This document shows, piece by piece, positions 7,284-12,244 of a DNA stretch of 12,244 nt. The notes below the pieces were generated by a model. The model did no database searches. It was not told the origin of the DNA and worked only from the letters and a program-made list of their open reading frames with translations. Made by a program: the position numbers and the translations under genes. The stretch spans positions 1 to 12,244 of the forward strand of contig DATGZA010000028.1 in assembly GCA_035297365.1 (NCBI GenBank), read 5' to 3'. Position 1 is the stretch's first letter. Each line of letters opens with the position of its first letter. This DNA is from Nitrososphaeraceae archaeon. GTDB lineage: Archaea; Thermoproteota; Nitrososphaeria; Nitrososphaerales; Nitrososphaeraceae.

Positions 7284-7431
7284 CTAATACACTATTTTTT
7301 CACCTTCAGCAGTATAAAATACAATTGTTTTTCTTGCGAAATTGACACCTCTTATATGCAAGATACGCACTTCTGACTTTAAAAAAGCACAAATAAATAA
7401 AATCTTAAAAATAATATCAAATAATCATTTC

Positions 7432-8007
7432 TTGTTGTATCTAAGCAAAGAAGAAATAATAAAGAAAATTGAACCAAATCTAGTTCATATCGATTATTAT
7501 TCTCTAACTCCCACCGACTTTAAACTGTCATCAATATTGATAATAATCCATTTCACTGATTCTACGCCCAAAATTATTTTGACTAAAAGAAGCTCGAATC
7601 TGAAATACCATAGAGACGAAATATCTTTTCCTGGGGGTACATTTCAGATCACTGATTCTTCATTATTATATACTGCTTTGAGGGAAACAAAAGAAGAAAT
7701 AGATCTATATTTTACCCCTGACCAAATCAAAGGTTCTCTTAAAGCAGTTAGAACCTTAACTTCAAATTTTACAATAATACCTTACATAACAATTCAGGAA
7801 CGAATACATAAACCAAAAATCCTATCTGATGAAGTATCAGGTATCCTTGATATAGAAATTTTCGATCTCTTTGAAAGTCTCTCGAATAATTTTTCATACA
7901 AGAATTTTTCAAATTCTTTTCTTTTCAAATATGATAACCAAATAATTTGGGGTGCTACTGCCCGAATTTTAAAACAGTTAAGAGATTGCTTTTACTGTAT
8001 TAACTAG
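7432..8007 (+). CDS. Nudix hydrolase, CoA pyrophosphatase (NudL/PCD1) family
   Basis: NuCoA-like motif ILTKRSSNLKYHRDEISFPGG, Nudix box TALRETKEEI and C-terminal IWGATARIL. The ORF is open from 7342, but TTG at 7432 or 7435 is preferred because a TATA-like CTTAAAAA lies at about 7404-7411. Confidence 0.9.
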   Translation: MLYLSKEEIIKKIEPNLVHIDYYSLTPTDFKLSSILIIIHFTDSTPKIILTKRSSNLKYHRDEISFPGGTFQITDSSLLYTALRETKEEIDLYFTPDQIKGSLKAVRTLTSNFTIIPYITIQERIHKPKILSDEVSGILDIEIFDLFESLSNNFSYKNFSNSFLFKYDNQIIWGATARILKQLRDCFYCIN

Positions 8008-8230
8008 CAAAATTCATTTACAAATTCTTTCCAATAAAAATTTTTATGCTTGAAAATTGATATTTTCCATTTTTACATACTACAAGAAATTTAGTTAGAT
8101 AGTATAGTTTTTAATATCGAATAAAATCGAATTAATATGCATTTTATTCTAAAGTTGTAAATAATTTTTTGGTAAATTATTTATAATTTTGATTATGATC
8201 GAATATAAATATATAACCTGATCTACTTTT

Positions 8231-8350
8231 GTGTCATTTACAATAAATGATATTATACATATTTTAAACACATTCGATTTTCATGTACTTATTGGACTTT
8301 TTGGATTCATAGGAGCTGTGATTGTTTGGGGAATAATAAAGCATCATTGA
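8231..8350 (+). CDS. Putative 39-aa single-pass membrane micro-protein (not in the ORF track)
   Basis: GTG...TGA translates to MSFTINDIIHILNTFDFHVLIGLFGFIGAVIVWGIIKHH, with an 18-residue uncharged hydrophobic segment followed by KHH. TATAAATA at 8204-8211 has leaderless spacing. Confidence 0.6.
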   Translation: MSFTINDIIHILNTFDFHVLIGLFGFIGAVIVWGIIKHH

Positions 8351-8444
8351 GTTCTATAAATAAATTTGAAATAAATATTTCAATTGTCACGTATTCGATA
8401 TACAAGTAAAAATCATAGTGCTCTGTTTTTGGAGATATAGGTGT

Positions 8445-8470
8445 AATTGACTTTTTATAACGTAAAGTCA
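8445..8470 (+). promoter_or_regulatory. UbiD-gene promoter (TTTATAA) overlapped by a 7-bp inverted repeat
   Basis: TGACTTT (8448-8454) - 9 bp - AAAGTCA (8464-8470) brackets TTTATAA (8454-8460), which ends 27 bp before the ATG at 8488. Confidence 0.6.
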
Positions 8471-8487
8471 CGATAATATTAAGATTA

Positions 8488-9951
8488 ATGGTTTTTGATA
8501 GTTTAACCGAATATTTACTAGCTCTTGAAACTAGTGGAAGACTTCATAGGGTAAAAACTCAAGTCGATACCAACCTTGAGATTGCAGAAATTATGAGAAG
8601 ATTGATTTATTCGGGAAAATCTCCTGCTGTTTTATTTGAAAATATTAAAGGTTATGATATCCCGGTTCTAGGCAATATTTTTGGTACACTAGATTTGGTA
8701 AAGACAGCTCTTAATCTATCTGACTTTAGAGAAATTGGAAGGAGAATTACTGAACTAACAAAGATGAAAATTCCATCGAGTATATTTGACAAACTTAAAG
8801 TGCTTCCAAAACTTTCGGAAATAGGAGAATATGCTCCCAAATACGTAGATTCTGGTCCAGTTACCGAGCTAATTGAGACTGAAGAAGGGAATCTAAACTC
8901 TCTACCTGTATTGAAATCTTTTCCGGAAGATGCTGGGAGGTTTATTACATTCGGATTGACAATTACTAAACATCCGGAAACTGGAATCAGAAATATAGGT
9001 GTTTATAGGATCCAAATAGTTAATGAAAAAAAAGCAATAATGCATTGGCAGACACACAAGCGTGGTGCTCAACATTACGAAATAATGAGAGAACAAAACC
9101 AGCGTATTGAAACCGCAATTGTTATTGGAACAGATCCCTCTACAATTTTCAGTGGAGTAGCTCCAGTCCCTGAAGGAATGGATAAATTTTTCTTTTCTGG
9201 TATAGTACGAAAAAAAGGCGTTAAATTGGTAAAATGCAAAACGGTTGATCTTGAGGTTCCATGTAATTCAGAGATAGTTTTGGAAGGATATGTAGATCCA
9301 AATGAAATCAGAACAGAAGGTCCTTTTGGGGATCATACCGGTTTTTACACTCCTCCTGAACCGTATCCTACTTTTAATTTAACCGGTATAATGAGGAAGA
9401 AAAATCCTGTTTATCTTACAACCGTAGTTGGAAAACCAATTTTAGAAGATGCATATCTGGGCAAAGTCATTGAACAGTCCTTCCTGCCTTTGATCCAAAT
9501 GTTTCAACCAGAGGTTGTAGATTTTTCTATGCCGCCGTCCGGTTGGTTTCAGGGATTGGCTATTATCTCGATAAAAAAAAGGTATCCTGGACAAGCTAAG
9601 AAGGTAATGATGGGATTATGGGGAATGGGCCAGCTATCATTAACAAAAATATTTGTGGTAGTCGATCATGATATCAATGTACATGATATTAACGAAGTCA
9701 TATGGGCGATAACTACAAAATCAGATCCTAAAAGGGATATTATAATTATTGATAATGCTCCTTCAGACACGCTAGACCCTGCCGCACCTCTTTTAAATCT
9801 GGGATCAAAATTGGGTATTGATGCGACAACAAAAACAAAAGAAGAAGGGTATTTGCGTGAAATCCAGAGGTTGGCCACTGTTGATGAACAAACTGAGTTG
9901 CTTGTAAAAAGCAGATGGAAAGAATATGGATTTGACAACAAAACCATATGA
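8488..9951 (+). CDS. ubiD: UbiD-family prFMN-dependent decarboxylase, probably the menaquinone (futalosine-pathway) type
   Basis: Motifs PAVLFEN, RNIGVYR, EIVLEG, catalytic EGPFGDHTGFY, VVVDHDI, LDP and SKLGIDAT. The menaquinone role is inferred from the presumed host lineage. Confidence 0.95.
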   Translation: MVFDSLTEYLLALETSGRLHRVKTQVDTNLEIAEIMRRLIYSGKSPAVLFENIKGYDIPVLGNIFGTLDLVKTALNLSDFREIGRRITELTKMKIPSSIFDKLKVLPKLSEIGEYAPKYVDSGPVTELIETEEGNLNSLPVLKSFPEDAGRFITFGLTITKHPETGIRNIGVYRIQIVNEKKAIMHWQTHKRGAQHYEIMREQNQRIETAIVIGTDPSTIFSGVAPVPEGMDKFFFSGIVRKKGVKLVKCKTVDLEVPCNSEIVLEGYVDPNEIRTEGPFGDHTGFYTPPEPYPTFNLTGIMRKKNPVYLTTVVGKPILEDAYLGKVIEQSFLPLIQMFQPEVVDFSMPPSGWFQGLAIISIKKRYPGQAKKVMMGLWGMGQLSLTKIFVVVDHDINVHDINEVIWAITTKSDPKRDIIIIDNAPSDTLDPAAPLLNLGSKLGIDATTKTKEEGYLREIQRLATVDEQTELLVKSRWKEYGFDNKTI

Positions 9952-10041
9952 TTTTTAATTATTAAATTCTTAATAAGACTGGTATAATAAAATAATCAAT
10001 CAATTTAATAATTCTATGTCCGATTTATACATTGGATAGAA

Positions 10042-10452
10042 TTGGATTTTGATATTAAAATAGGCTCGAAAAAAGAAAGAACCATTAAAACCGATTCCAA
10101 TCAGACTACGGGTTTTCTATGGGAAGGAGAAAATGTTCTCTCCACTCCTTCAATGATATCTGAAATGGAAGAAACTTGCAGACTTCTTCTAAAGGAATAT
10201 TATTTGAAAGATAAAGAATGGGATTCTGTTGGTACAATCGTGAATATAAAACACCTTGCTGCAACCCCCGTAGGGTCTAAAATCAAATTAAATGCAACAG
10301 TGGACTCTGTGGACGGTAGAAAGGTGATGTTTAATGTGGATGTGTATGATGAACTTGAAAAAATTGGAGAAGGAAAACACGAACGATTTATTATTAATAT
10401 TCCAAGATTCAGGTCAAAATTTGAAGATAAGAAAAAAAACTTGTTAAATTAG
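10042..10452 (+). CDS. Hot-dog fold thioesterase, fluoroacetyl-CoA thioesterase (FlK)-like
   Basis: VLSTPSMISEME, SVG...IKHLAATPVG and IGEGKHERFII retain the Thr/Glu/His triad pattern of the FlK family. TTG start. Confidence 0.9.
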   Translation: MDFDIKIGSKKERTIKTDSNQTTGFLWEGENVLSTPSMISEMEETCRLLLKEYYLKDKEWDSVGTIVNIKHLAATPVGSKIKLNATVDSVDGRKVMFNVDVYDELEKIGEGKHERFIINIPRFRSKFEDKKKNLLN

Positions 10453-10473
10453 CTATTATCTAAAAATGATTAA

Positions 10474-10525
10474 GGTAAAACTATAAAAATAGGATAAATT
10501 TCAATTTGAGTATTATATTAGGTGA
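10474..10525 (+). promoter_or_regulatory. Thermosome promoter (BRE/TATA-like) and Shine-Dalgarno site
   Basis: GTAAAA-CTATAAAA at about 10475-10488. GGTGA at 10521-10525 lies 7 nt before the ATG at 10533. Confidence 0.55.
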
Positions 10526-10532
10526 ATAGAAG

Positions 10533-12244
<1,712 letters not shown>

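Noticed and set aside
8652-9947. ORFs 8652-8840, 8902-9096 and 9666-9947
   Set aside because: They are antisense shadows of the UbiD gene.
10042-10452. Fluorine-metabolism system linking the FlK-like thioesterase to the riboswitch-like element
   Set aside because: The two are 4.5 kb apart in different transcription units. FlK-like proteins are widespread with other substrates, and there is no crcB/Fluc or fluorinase gene in the window.

Overview
AT-rich archaeal chromosomal DNA. Gene content and low GC suggest an ammonia-oxidising thaumarchaeon such as Nitrososphaeraceae / Ca. Nitrosocosmicus (inference). It is mostly housekeeping: a hypothetical gene, a JAMM/MPN+ metalloprotease, the C/D-box sRNP genes nop5 and fibrillarin, RNase HII with a PIP box, Trm1, a lone NitT/TauT-type ABC ATPase, an MTHFR-like protein, a Nudix CoA pyrophosphatase, a UbiD-family decarboxylase, an FlK-like thioesterase and a thermosome subunit. 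The thermosome is missing from the ORF track because it runs off the window. Both ends of the window lie in or next to tandem repeats: a non-coding (AACT/AACC)n array and a (GGCGGCATG)7 tract. The best unexplained signals are that array, an unannotated 39-aa membrane micro-protein at 8231-8350, a degenerate fluoride-riboswitch-like fold ahead of the orphan ABC ATPase, and a palindromic operator over the ubiD TATA box. No complete novel system can be established from the sequence alone.
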